Source of the DNA: a virus
Taxonomy: Duplodnaviria; Caudoviricetes
Length of the DNA stretch: 59,137 nt
Direction: 5' to 3' (one strand)
Virus record (IMG/VR): IMGVR_UViG_3300030102_005755
Location: 1-59,137 of that record
Shown: positions 25,027 through 34,700 of the stretch, in pieces
Layout of the letters: each line of letters starts with the position of its first letter
Numbering within the stretch: position 1 is the first letter of the stretch
Made by a program: the position numbers and the translations under genes
The notes under the pieces: model-generated
The model's input: the letters and a program-made list of their open reading frames with translations, nothing else
What the model was told of the DNA's origin: nothing
Databases searched by the model: none

Positions 25027-26061
25027 TCAGATAATTACATAGTTGATTCCAACAGAGAAGTCGTGCCAAGATCTATCCCAGTACTTGTGGAATTTGCCCT
25101 CTGCAAATACACCAAAGCTCTTGTTGAATCTCTTGCCAAAGATAAGACCGCCAGAGTAATCAAGCCACTGGCCACTGTTAACAAACCTATGATAGGAATA
25201 CTCACCGTCTGTATCTAGGTGATAGGGGATCAGGTTACCCCAGCTGTGTACCCAAAAGTTCTTGGTGAAGTGGTAGTAATCAAAGCCAAGAACCAATGAA
25301 TGAACCCATTGGTTTGGAAGTTCATTTCTCTTGTCAGCTACATAGTCCTCAAGAAAGTTAGGGACAGCGACCTCCTCCCACACCTCATAGCTATTTGCCA
25401 CGACCGTACCGTCTGGAGAAAAAAACTCTCCAGTGTTTACGTCAATGCTGTACCCCTCCTGCAGAGCGAGTGAAGTAAAGTGAAGTTGATTGTTGTCTAG
25501 CAACCACTCGCTCAATGGGTCGTATCCGTATGGCTCTGACAGTCTCTGCATAAGTCCAGCGTTGAGAGAAAGCTTACCGAGTTTGGCTCTGCCTCTTTGA
25601 GATGACTCGAAGTATCTCACGTCTGCGAACCCATCCTGCAGGAACTCTACCTTAGCGATCCACTTGTCGGCCACATATCTCAGAAAGTAATCCTGGTCCA
25701 GGTAGTTGACGCCTTGCTGTCTCCTGTAATCTCCCTCGAACAAGAACTCAAACCCACTCACCTTACCAATGGTGGCAGCGTCTCCGTAAGACTTCTCTGT
25801 CCCGTTGTAGAATGTGTTGGCTCTGTTCTCGTACCCAAAGCGTGCAATCTTTCTTACACCTGCCGTAAGTGAGTAATCGAATGGAGTCTCCACCACATCC
25901 GTCTGCAATCCATTGGCCACAGAGAACACCTCTCTATCTGACAAGGAGTTACCTCCACTGAAAGCGGTGTAGAACGTGGCAAACTTGAGTGCCTTCTTAA
26001 TTCCTTGACCCGAAGCACTGAGACTAAGCAGCAGGGTGAGTATGGTTGCGATGTACTTCAT
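25027..26061 (-). CDS. Signal-peptide protein, predicted outer-membrane beta-barrel-like
   Basis: MKYIATILTLLLSLSASGQ; alternating aromatic/Gly strands; ends DFSVGINYVII. Confidence 0.65.
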   Translation of the reverse strand: MKYIATILTLLLSLSASGQGIKKALKFATFYTAFSGGNSLSDREVFSVANGLQTDVVETPFDYSLTAGVRKIARFGYENRANTFYNGTEKSYGDAATIGKVSGFEFLFEGDYRRQQGVNYLDQDYFLRYVADKWIAKVEFLQDGFADVRYFESSQRGRAKLGKLSLNAGLMQRLSEPYGYDPLSEWLLDNNQLHFTSLALQEGYSIDVNTGEFFSPDGTVVANSYEVWEEVAVPNFLEDYVADKRNELPNQWVHSLVLGFDYYHFTKNFWVHSWGNLIPYHLDTDGEYSYHRFVNSGQWLDYSGGLIFGKRFNKSFGVFAEGKFHKYWDRSWHDFSVGINYVII

Positions 26062-28205
26062 TGCTTCACAATTCTTTCTACGACAATCCTCCCCTTGTAA
26101 TTTACAACAACCTCATAGACGCCATTGGGAAGCGATCTAAGGTCTATCTGACCAGAGGCGTTGATAGACACCACAATATGACCAGAGGCGCTGTAAACGT
26201 CCGCAAATGCGCCAGCGGGTGCTTGGAAGTTGATGATGTCTCTGGTTGGATTGGGCCATAACTGAATGTGATGTAGCCCATAGTCCTCCACGCTAGTCAC
26301 ACCCTGACTGCAGTACTCATACATCTCAATACAAACCGCATCCCATCCCACCTCGCAACAGTAGGGGTCAACTTCAATAACCCATGAGTAGCAAAAGTCG
26401 TTGGCCCAGTATGGTTCACCAGGACCAGTGATGCAGCCCGCATCGTAGAGGCAGTCCTCGTTAGCTGGGACGTTGGCGTACACGTTGTAGTTGGCAGCGT
26501 CAGGATCCATACAACCAGGCATGGGTAGTTCGCAGCTACCGTTGTTGGTGTTGGCCATCGGGTCGTAATTGATGGCCTCGGGAATCGTGCAGCCATAGAT
26601 GAACGGGATGCAGCTGTTGTTCTCGGTGTTGGCCAGCTCGTTGTAGTTGAACATGGTTGGATCTGTGCAACCGAACACAACCTCTTCGCACTCTGCTGGA
26701 TCGGTAGCTGCTTCGTTGTAGTTGTAGGCCGTTGGGTCCTGACATCCAGCCACTTCCAGCTCGTCGCACACCCCGTCACCGTCGGCATCGTTGATGCACT
26801 CGTTGTCGCACCCGTAGTACTCGATCGGGAAGGTGCAGTCTCCATCTACGTTTGCCTCTGGGTTGTAGTCACAGGCAAAGCTGAGCGTGCATCCCACGAT
26901 ACCCTCCACGCAGAAGTCTCCACACACGGGCACACCCTCGTACTTGAATGGGAACTTCTTGATGGCATCTGACCATGGGTTGGTCCCACCCTCCATGAAC
27001 ACGCCGTTCGGTCCGTCGAAGTAGAACCCGCACTGTGAGGCTGTCGTCTCTGCGTTGCCCTGCGTAAAAAACATGACCTTGACCCCCTCTCCAGAGTACA
27101 AAGGAATCTGAATCTCTTTCTCGAACTCATCGCTAGGGTACATGGTGAACGGTCCCCAGATCTCGTCGCCCTGCTGCACTCCAATCCAGCTGCCGAACCA
27201 TCCATCACCAGCTCCATCTGTAAGTGTCAGAGTAAAATCACAGTTGTCTTCTGTTTCCAGAGTGTTGGCGTCCTCGTTAAAGTTGATCGCACCTGGATCG
27301 GTACAACCCAGGATCACTTCTGTCTGGCAGCTGCCGTCGTCGATCACGGCACTGGGGTCGTACTCTGTAAACCATGGGTCCGTACACCCCTGAGGAATCG
27401 GCGGGAAACATGGGTCGATCATGATAGTATCACTTGACACTACTTCGTATTGAGTGGTATCACCCACGTAGTACAGTGTCTCTCCACAGAGATTGGAAAC
27501 AAGCAGGTTGCCATCAACACCTCCATAACAGCTGCCACACATGCCGTCACCAAATGCGTCGTACACATTTACCCTAAACTCTGAGCCAACAGGCAGGCAC
27601 ACAGCCTCCACAATAGGAGCTCCTACAATAGAATAGCCTGACCCCTCGGCAACCACTTCGCCATCTGGGATTGTGATTAAATCCCAGCTGATCTCAGCTG
27701 CATAAGTGTCAGGCGTAACTGTGACAAGGATGTTGTTGAATCCTTCTTCGCATTGCACTGGCGGGAAGTCGCAAGGTGCAGGAGCGTTGGCCCACGGGTG
27801 GTAGTTGATAGCACCCGCCTGCATACAACCAAAGATGGGGGGCGGACAGGCAAGCACCTCGAAGGGAATGGTCTGCTCTGACGTGCTGAAGTCATACACC
27901 GTGGTGTCTAACTCACAGGTGTTGATAGAGAACCAGCCCTCCCCAAAGCCACAGCAAATGCCGTCACCAAAGGAGTCGTAGATGGTGAAGGTGTAATCAC
28001 CTATGGGCAAGGGAAGAAAGGCTTCTACATAGGGGAACTCACCCTGAAGGGGAGCAGAGCCTGCTACAACTGCGTTGCTGGAGTCTCTAACCAGCCATGT
28101 GGTCTCCTCTCCATACCCGTCACCCTGAATGGTAATAGACACCCACCCCTGTTGCGCCACAGCAAACAGAGGCATAAGAAAGATGAGGCCTATCAGCCGC
28201 TGCAT
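26058..28205 (-). CDS. T9SS type A sorting-domain protein with Cys-rich GCTDP repeats
   Basis: Signal peptide; three D..GDG beta modules; eight GCxxP.A.NY...A....C repeats; C-terminal LWPNPTRD...IDLRSLPNGVY...RIVKQ. Confidence 0.88.
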   Translation of the reverse strand: MQRLIGLIFLMPLFAVAQQGWVSITIQGDGYGEETTWLVRDSSNAVVAGSAPLQGEFPYVEAFLPLPIGDYTFTIYDSFGDGICCGFGEGWFSINTCELDTTVYDFSTSEQTIPFEVLACPPPIFGCMQAGAINYHPWANAPAPCDFPPVQCEEGFNNILVTVTPDTYAAEISWDLITIPDGEVVAEGSGYSIVGAPIVEAVCLPVGSEFRVNVYDAFGDGMCGSCYGGVDGNLLVSNLCGETLYYVGDTTQYEVVSSDTIMIDPCFPPIPQGCTDPWFTEYDPSAVIDDGSCQTEVILGCTDPGAINFNEDANTLETEDNCDFTLTLTDGAGDGWFGSWIGVQQGDEIWGPFTMYPSDEFEKEIQIPLYSGEGVKVMFFTQGNAETTASQCGFYFDGPNGVFMEGGTNPWSDAIKKFPFKYEGVPVCGDFCVEGIVGCTLSFACDYNPEANVDGDCTFPIEYYGCDNECINDADGDGVCDELEVAGCQDPTAYNYNEAATDPAECEEVVFGCTDPTMFNYNELANTENNSCIPFIYGCTIPEAINYDPMANTNNGSCELPMPGCMDPDAANYNVYANVPANEDCLYDAGCITGPGEPYWANDFCYSWVIEVDPYCCEVGWDAVCIEMYEYCSQGVTSVEDYGLHHIQLWPNPTRDIINFQAPAGAFADVYSASGHIVVSINASGQIDLRSLPNGVYEVVVNYKGRIVVERIVKQ

Positions 28206-28324
28206 GACTCGCAGTCTTCTGGGCTGTCGATGTTGCAGGTAATCTCACCGTCCTCAATCTTCTTCTCCTGCTTCTTCAACTTGTCTTGATCCAAGAAACC
28301 GACGTCTTCAAACTCTTCCTCCAT
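28193..28324 (-). CDS. 43-aa acidic peptide ending in a Cys motif like the RNR alpha-subunit C-terminal tail
   Basis: MEEEFEDVGFLDQDKLKKQEKKIEDGEITCNIDSPEDCESCSG; fills the gap exactly. Confidence 0.7.
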   Translation of the reverse strand: MEEEFEDVGFLDQDKLKKQEKKIEDGEITCNIDSPEDCESCSG

Positions 28325-28326
28325 GA

Positions 28327-28770
28327 TTACTTTTTTGCCTTTTCTATTGTACGACCAGCGAAGTATGCACCAAATGCTGTTAGCATTAGTATCTGCAGCA
28401 AATCTACGTAAGAATCCTTGACGTTAAATGGCCAGTTGTCCATGCTGTCGGCCACCATGGTCACCATAAACATGCTCATCAAAGCGATGAGAGTGACAGG
28501 CCTGATCAGCTTTGCCAGCTTGACGTCACTGCCCATGTCAGCCTTCCATCTTTCAGTTACGTTGTTCTGATATTGGATCTCCGCATCGACAGCTGCAACA
28601 CCCTCGTCGGTATTGACATCAGGGTCTTTTTCTATCAGGTTCTTTACAATGCCAAGACCCCCGCTATCTGGAAGCAGGTCTCCGACAACATCAAGCACGT
28701 TGGGTGCTTTAGACTTGAGCCACTTTCCGAGGCCCGTATCCTTAATCTTCTTTTCCTCTGATTGTTTCAT
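28327..28770 (-). CDS. Holin-like membrane protein (GTA 3TM holin-like)
   Basis: ERWKADM.SD...K.IRP, two TM helices, AYFAGRTIEK. Confidence 0.7.
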   Translation of the reverse strand: MKQSEEKKIKDTGLGKWLKSKAPNVLDVVGDLLPDSGGLGIVKNLIEKDPDVNTDEGVAAVDAEIQYQNNVTERWKADMGSDVKLAKLIRPVTLIALMSMFMVTMVADSMDNWPFNVKDSYVDLLQILMLTAFGAYFAGRTIEKAKK

Positions 28771-31700
28771 ATTGCTTGTTGAATCTCATTACTATTCTTC
28801 TCTCTTTGTCCCTTAGTTCTTGGATGCGCTTCATGCGCTCAGTATAATCCTTGATCTTAAGGGCCTGTCTTTTTGCAGCTCTTATCGCCTTGAGTTGTTT
28901 GTCGAAAGACTTGAGAGAATTGTTGAGTCCGAGGACTCCGATATACCTCTCTCCCTTGTCTCTTCTTGGGTTGTTCTTTAGCTCCTTGGTGAGCTGCATA
29001 ATCTCTTGACGGCGGCGGCTGTAATCCTCCATGTCCATGTACTTTGATGGTTCTCCGTACAGGATTCTCATGAATGGGATGTCGTTGGCTTCAATTCTGA
29101 TATCGTTGTCCTCAGCCTTGGCCTTGAGCTTCATGGCAGTAGAGCCTGTTCTTTCAACAAACTTACCAGCACCGCCAATGAAGTACTCGAACATGTACCA
29201 CATCTTGTCTGGGTTGAAGTCAAGGTCCCCCTTCACATCGACAGAACCTCCAGTAGCTTCGTTCATCCATCTGAAGAACTGCTGCACACCCTCAGGTGAG
29301 CGGAAAGAGAGGGAAGACTCTGGCCTCTGAAGTCCGTATGGCAGGTTCTCTGTGTACACTGGACCTCCGAAGTAAGTTTCGTTGGTCATGACGTCAACCA
29401 GCGGCTTGAATACCGTAGGCACAACAGACTTACCTGCCTTTGTAAACAAGTCCTTGGATTGCCCAAACGAAATAGGAGAGAAGGAGTTTATGAAGGCCGA
29501 CGACAGCTGCATCATAGCCGTGTCTATCTCCTTGTGTCCAGCCCCAACCTCCACGGCTGTGGTTCCGAGGTTTGCAAACATGCTGAATCCATACGGCAAA
29601 GGAATCTTGAAGTAATCCTTTCCATTGGGGCGCATGAAAATAAGGTTTCTCTCCTTGATGTAGTCTGGAATCTTGTTGTAGTACAACTCACCATCCTCAT
29701 CCTCGTCAGACATAGCCATAGCAATCATTGCAGACAAGCCACTGAATACAGTGAGGGCTGCCGCCATCTTCTGAGCGTTGTTGAACCTATCCTTGAATGC
29801 TCTCTTTGTTCCGTCTGGATACGTCGGTGACTTCATGGTGAGCAATGACTTGCCTAGTCTTGCTGTACCCTGAACAGAAGCGTTAAAGAACAGGTATACA
29901 GAGTTCAGCAGTTGACCATACTCACCAGACTTGTTGAAGTTCACGGTGATATTCTTGGCCATCTGTGCTGCCTTCTCTCTGGTCACACCTCTCTCTCTGG
30001 CTGCGATGTAAGAAGAAAGTCTGATGCTGTTCTCAAATGCGTCGTTGTATCCCTCGACAACTTGAGCAAACTCCTCTGCCTTTCCAAACAGATTCTGCAT
30101 CTTGCTCTTTTCTGAAGACTTGCTTTGAAGATCAGCAGCAATGCGGTCGAGAGGCTTTGCATAGCTCCAGCCTGTTTTACCACCGTCGTCTCTGAACTCG
30201 TTGTAGTATCTCTCTACTTCAGGATTCTCGGCAAAGAATTTCTTTAGAGCCTCTGGGCTCTCTGATCTGAGAAGAACCTTCAATGTCTTGGGGACATTCT
30301 TAATCATCTCAGTTACAATGCCTTGCCCCTCTATGACTCCGCCAGGTATGTCAGCTTCTGCAGCTGCGTTGAACATGGCTGCTTGAATATCACGAGAGAA
30401 GTTTGAGATCATAAACTCTGGGTTCAGAGTGGTAAATGATCTTCTCAGCCAGTTCGCTGGCGCTCTCATCATGCGGACAAACACGCTAGTCTGAGGCAGG
30501 TTCATGTTCCTCAAGGTCTCTGCGTAGCTCGCATCCTTGAACCTGATAAACTTCTGCTCTCCGTTTACTCTGACCGATACAATGTGCGGGTCCTTGGAGT
30601 TCACGTTCTTGGCGTCAAGAATCCTCCATACATCTTCGTTCGGGTTAGACTCTACAAGATTGTAGAGCGACTGCAAAGCCTCGTTAGTTCTAGCCTTGAT
30701 GTGTATAGAAGAGTTCTGTGCAATAACCTGAGCCAGGATATTTGTTGCTTCGCTCTGTCTACCCTCTGCCCTTTTGGTTGTAGGTCCAAACACAGACATG
30801 CCTGCACCACCTGTGGGGTACGAGGAAGTAAACGATGTCTCTTCGTCAATAGCGATACCTGAGAGCGGCACGTAGTTTTCAAACTGTGCTTCGAAAGCAT
30901 CAATAGCCTCTTGAGTCTCAAGTCCAAACTTGACCATGGTATCTCTCGTGTCTTGCTGGATCTCGCGCACGAGATCAACAATTTCTTTGAGAGAGTCAGA
31001 CCTGCCCTCAAGTGACTTCAAGATCAAATCAGCCCTGGCATCTGACATACCAGAACCCTCTTTGTTTTGACCGTTTGTGCGCTCTTTTATGAGCTCGTTT
31101 CTCTCTTTTGCGTGCAGAGCATAGAGATAGTCTGATACATCTTGTACACTGAGGCCTCTGTCTTTGATGAGGTCTGTGATGGCATCAACCTTCACGTCCA
31201 ACTTTCTCAGGTCCTCTGCCGCCTTACCATACATCAGCTCTTCTGCCATCTGAAAGTCTTGATCGGCAGCTCTTTTGCCTCTTGCAGCCTCTACGTCAGC
31301 TTGAAGCTGGAAGATGTCTACGTATTTGTCCTGCAGTCTTTTGAGCCATGTGTTTCTCCATCTCTGGAAGCCGTTCATGTCTCTCATTTGCCAAGACCCA
31401 TTGGTAGTTTCACCCTTGACGAAGCCTTGTCTTCTTCTTACAGATGCTTTGATGTTTACATCTTGAGCTTCTGCGTTGAACTCAACCCTGCTGTACCTGT
31501 TGAGCATCTCTGCCTTATCATAAGGCGTTTTCGCCTTGGCTACCTCTGCAGCTTTCTTTGAGCTGCTTGCTTCAGATGTTTGGAAAAGCTCTGGGTCGAT
31601 CTTGTCAAGAGTAAACTGCTCTCTGAAAACTTTCAGCTTTGCATCAGGACCTGGTCTTTTTACAACCACTGCCCCTCCAAAGCCATACCCCTCTAGCTGA

Positions 31701-34700
31701 ACAACTCTCATGTTTGCCAACTTGACCTGACCATACTGATCAAATATATCTGGGTCAATCTCGTAGTTAAAGGTCTTATACCCTATGAGGGTTGCTGGCT
31801 TTTGCTGTGAAAGAACTGGGTCGTTAAAGTACTCAGCTATTTGTTCGTCCATTGAGAGGGATTCATCAGGAATAGTTCTCCCTAATTCAAACTTCTCATG
31901 AGAGAAAAACTCTGCCAAAAGTTTTTTTGAAAAAAGATTTTTTCTTCCTTCAAACTGATCCGCCAATCGGTCGTTGTAGTTTATGGCGACGTCTATAATT
32001 TCTTCAAACTGTTTTTGAGTTGTGACTGGAAGGTCAAACTCAGCATCAAATAAAGCTGCAGTTTCTGAAGAAAGACCTCCAAACCCATCAGCTTGAGCCA
32101 TCCGCACCATAGTCCTTATGGCTTTCTTTCCTGTGCCGCTAAACATCCCGTATAAAGAAGGCCCTCCAATGTTATTGGTCTTGTCTCTAGACCTAGCCAA
32201 AAGGCCGTTCAAGTACGACTTGGCTACATCTGGGTTGCCTCGTGTAGCCTCTGGTTTAAGCATAGAAAATCCAGCCCCAAACTTGCCGCTCATGTTAAGC
32301 TTACGCGCCGCCTTGGGACTACCCTCTCGCTCTTGCCTTCTGTATATTCTTTCTGCCTCCTTCCTGTATCTTTCCATCCTTTGCCTAGCATACTCAAAGC
32401 TTACGTGAGTAGATATAACTACTTCGTCAGCCTCAAGCTCAGGCAAATCAGCTGCGTCCAGCTCTTGAACAGCCCTGATTCCAGATGTGATTCCTTTCTC
32501 TTGATCGGGCATTGACTGATCGTAGCCGCTGATTGGCATAAAGACACCCGTCAAGTCTTCGTACTTACCTTCCAAGAAGTCAGACAGTTCTTTGTCAGAC
32601 AGTATGTGGTCAGGATCACCAAGCTGGTCTCTTCTTCTGGTAGAGAACCTCATGTTTGCGACGACATCACCAGTCTCCGCCTCATCAAATGGAGCAAGGC
32701 CTGTGGCATTCACAATGTCGCCATCCATGATTCTGTTAAGACCCTCAATACCAGCGCGTCCTGGCTGCTTGATTCTTTCTCTAACCTCGTTCTTGGTAAG
32801 CCCCATTTCGAGGGCTTCTTGCATGTTCTTTTGTTCAATGACAGCAGATATATACTGATCATTGATCGTCATCTCTTGTATCGGCTTGGATGCTGGGGCA
32901 AACTGTCCAGCGTTCACAAACTGCTTCCAAGGTATTGTGGCAAACAACGCCCTGTTGCTATCACGCAACTTAGCGAGCTTTCTCGTTACCTCTTTCTGAG
33001 ACTCAATATCCTGAATCTTTCTCTGATTGTATATATCCTTTGGGCTAGGTGGCAAGGCCATAGGAACCTTCTTGCCGTCTTTGTCTACACGAGGACGAGG
33101 AGGTTTGATGGCGTACTTCTTACCGTCCTTGATGAAGTACATCTCACCAATCCTGTCTGCAGTTTGGTTGCCAGTGGTCTTGTTGTACCAGTTTCTAAAG
33201 TGGAAGTAGTCGTTGACCCTAATAGATCTGGGAGAACTGTACGTCGTGTACCTGCTGCTAGTGACCACGGCATCTCCAGCCTGCAAATATGGTCTTGCAG
33301 TGTAGAAAATTTCGGTGTCCTTGAGGTAGTTGAACTCCTGCTTACGGCGCACGGACATGCGGCCCTGGAATAAATCTAAGCTTGCTGCATCCGCGAGTAC
33401 ATCTTCATCAGGAGCAGAGATACCTTCGGCCCCCTCAAGCAAGGCATCTGCTTGATCTTTAAGGGCTTGTCTCTTTTGATCTTCGCTCAAGGTCTTGTCT
33501 GCTGCGATGTCTTCAGCGGATTTCTTTTCCGCCTCAGGCGCAACTTCTTCTGCAACAGGTGCTTCTTCGGCAACAGCTTCCTCAGATGCAGCCTCTTCAG
33601 CGACAGGAGCATCTGTAGAAACTTCTGTAGCCCTACCTTCTGATGACTGCCTAAACTTTTCTGCAAGGGCAAACAAACCTTCCTTGCCCGTAATGATATT
33701 CTTCTTGAGACCAGCAGCCTTCAGTACCTTGTTGATCGCCTTGACAATCTTGTCAGCGACAGATGCAAATGCAGCTGGGTTAGCGGCATAGTTTACAAGA
33801 ACGCTAATGATAGCCTCCTCTTCCTGAACCGCTTCGCTTTGATTTCCGTAATCCTCGTTACTCTGGGCTAGTATTTTAGCCACAAGCTTAGCCCCCTTGC
33901 TTTTGCCCTTAGCAATTTTCTGCATTTCTGCAAACAGAGCCTGTCTGGATGCAGCATCCTTTCCAATTATAGGGGCTAAAACCAGGTGGCCAAACTCTTC
34001 CATGACATCCATGATGTCGGCCTCTGGACTAAGGTGTATCTCGTTGGTCAATGGGTTCAAATAAGCCACGGTCTGACCTTGCACTCCAATAACCTCAAGG
34101 TATTTATTTTGATTCTTAACCTCTTCATTGCTGTTGATGAATGACTCCATCGTTCTGTGCGCCTTAAGCTTCGCGCCAGCAGTTTTAAGGGCACTACCAA
34201 ATGCCTTGGTGAGGTTGTTGATCGTTCTAGCATTGCTGATAGATACTTGACCAGCTCCCTCTCCAACCTTCTTAGTGTCCCTCAGATCAAGGGTTTCACC
34301 AGCAGCCAAATCAACAGTAACTGCGTCTTCTTCAGCTTGTTGTGCAGCCTCTGCTTGCTGGGCTTCTGGAGCTTCAGCTTGTTGTTCTGCCTCGACAGGT
34401 GGCTTGACCTCTTCGCCTGGCCTCTGGACCATGTCGTCCATGGTGTTCTCGTCAAACATGAGTAGCTGACCCTCCTCTTGCACCAGTTCTGCAGGAGCGG
34501 GTTGGGTGGCTTCAGGAACTCTTTTGTGAGAATCAATCTCTGTCTGCTCTACGTTTCTTTCTTTTGCAGGACGGCTCTTGTTTCCAGAGTCAGGCACAAT
34601 AACTTCAGAAGGCACGCTTGCTTTGAACGCCCTGTCCTCAGCAATCTTTTCTATCTGAGCCTTTCTAGTGAAGAGATCAGTAAGCCTTTCCTTGAGCTCT

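Noticed and set aside
26300-27900. GCTDP repeats as DGR template/variable repeats
   Set aside because: Protein-level repeats diverged at all base types; no reverse transcriptase or adenine-specific pair seen.
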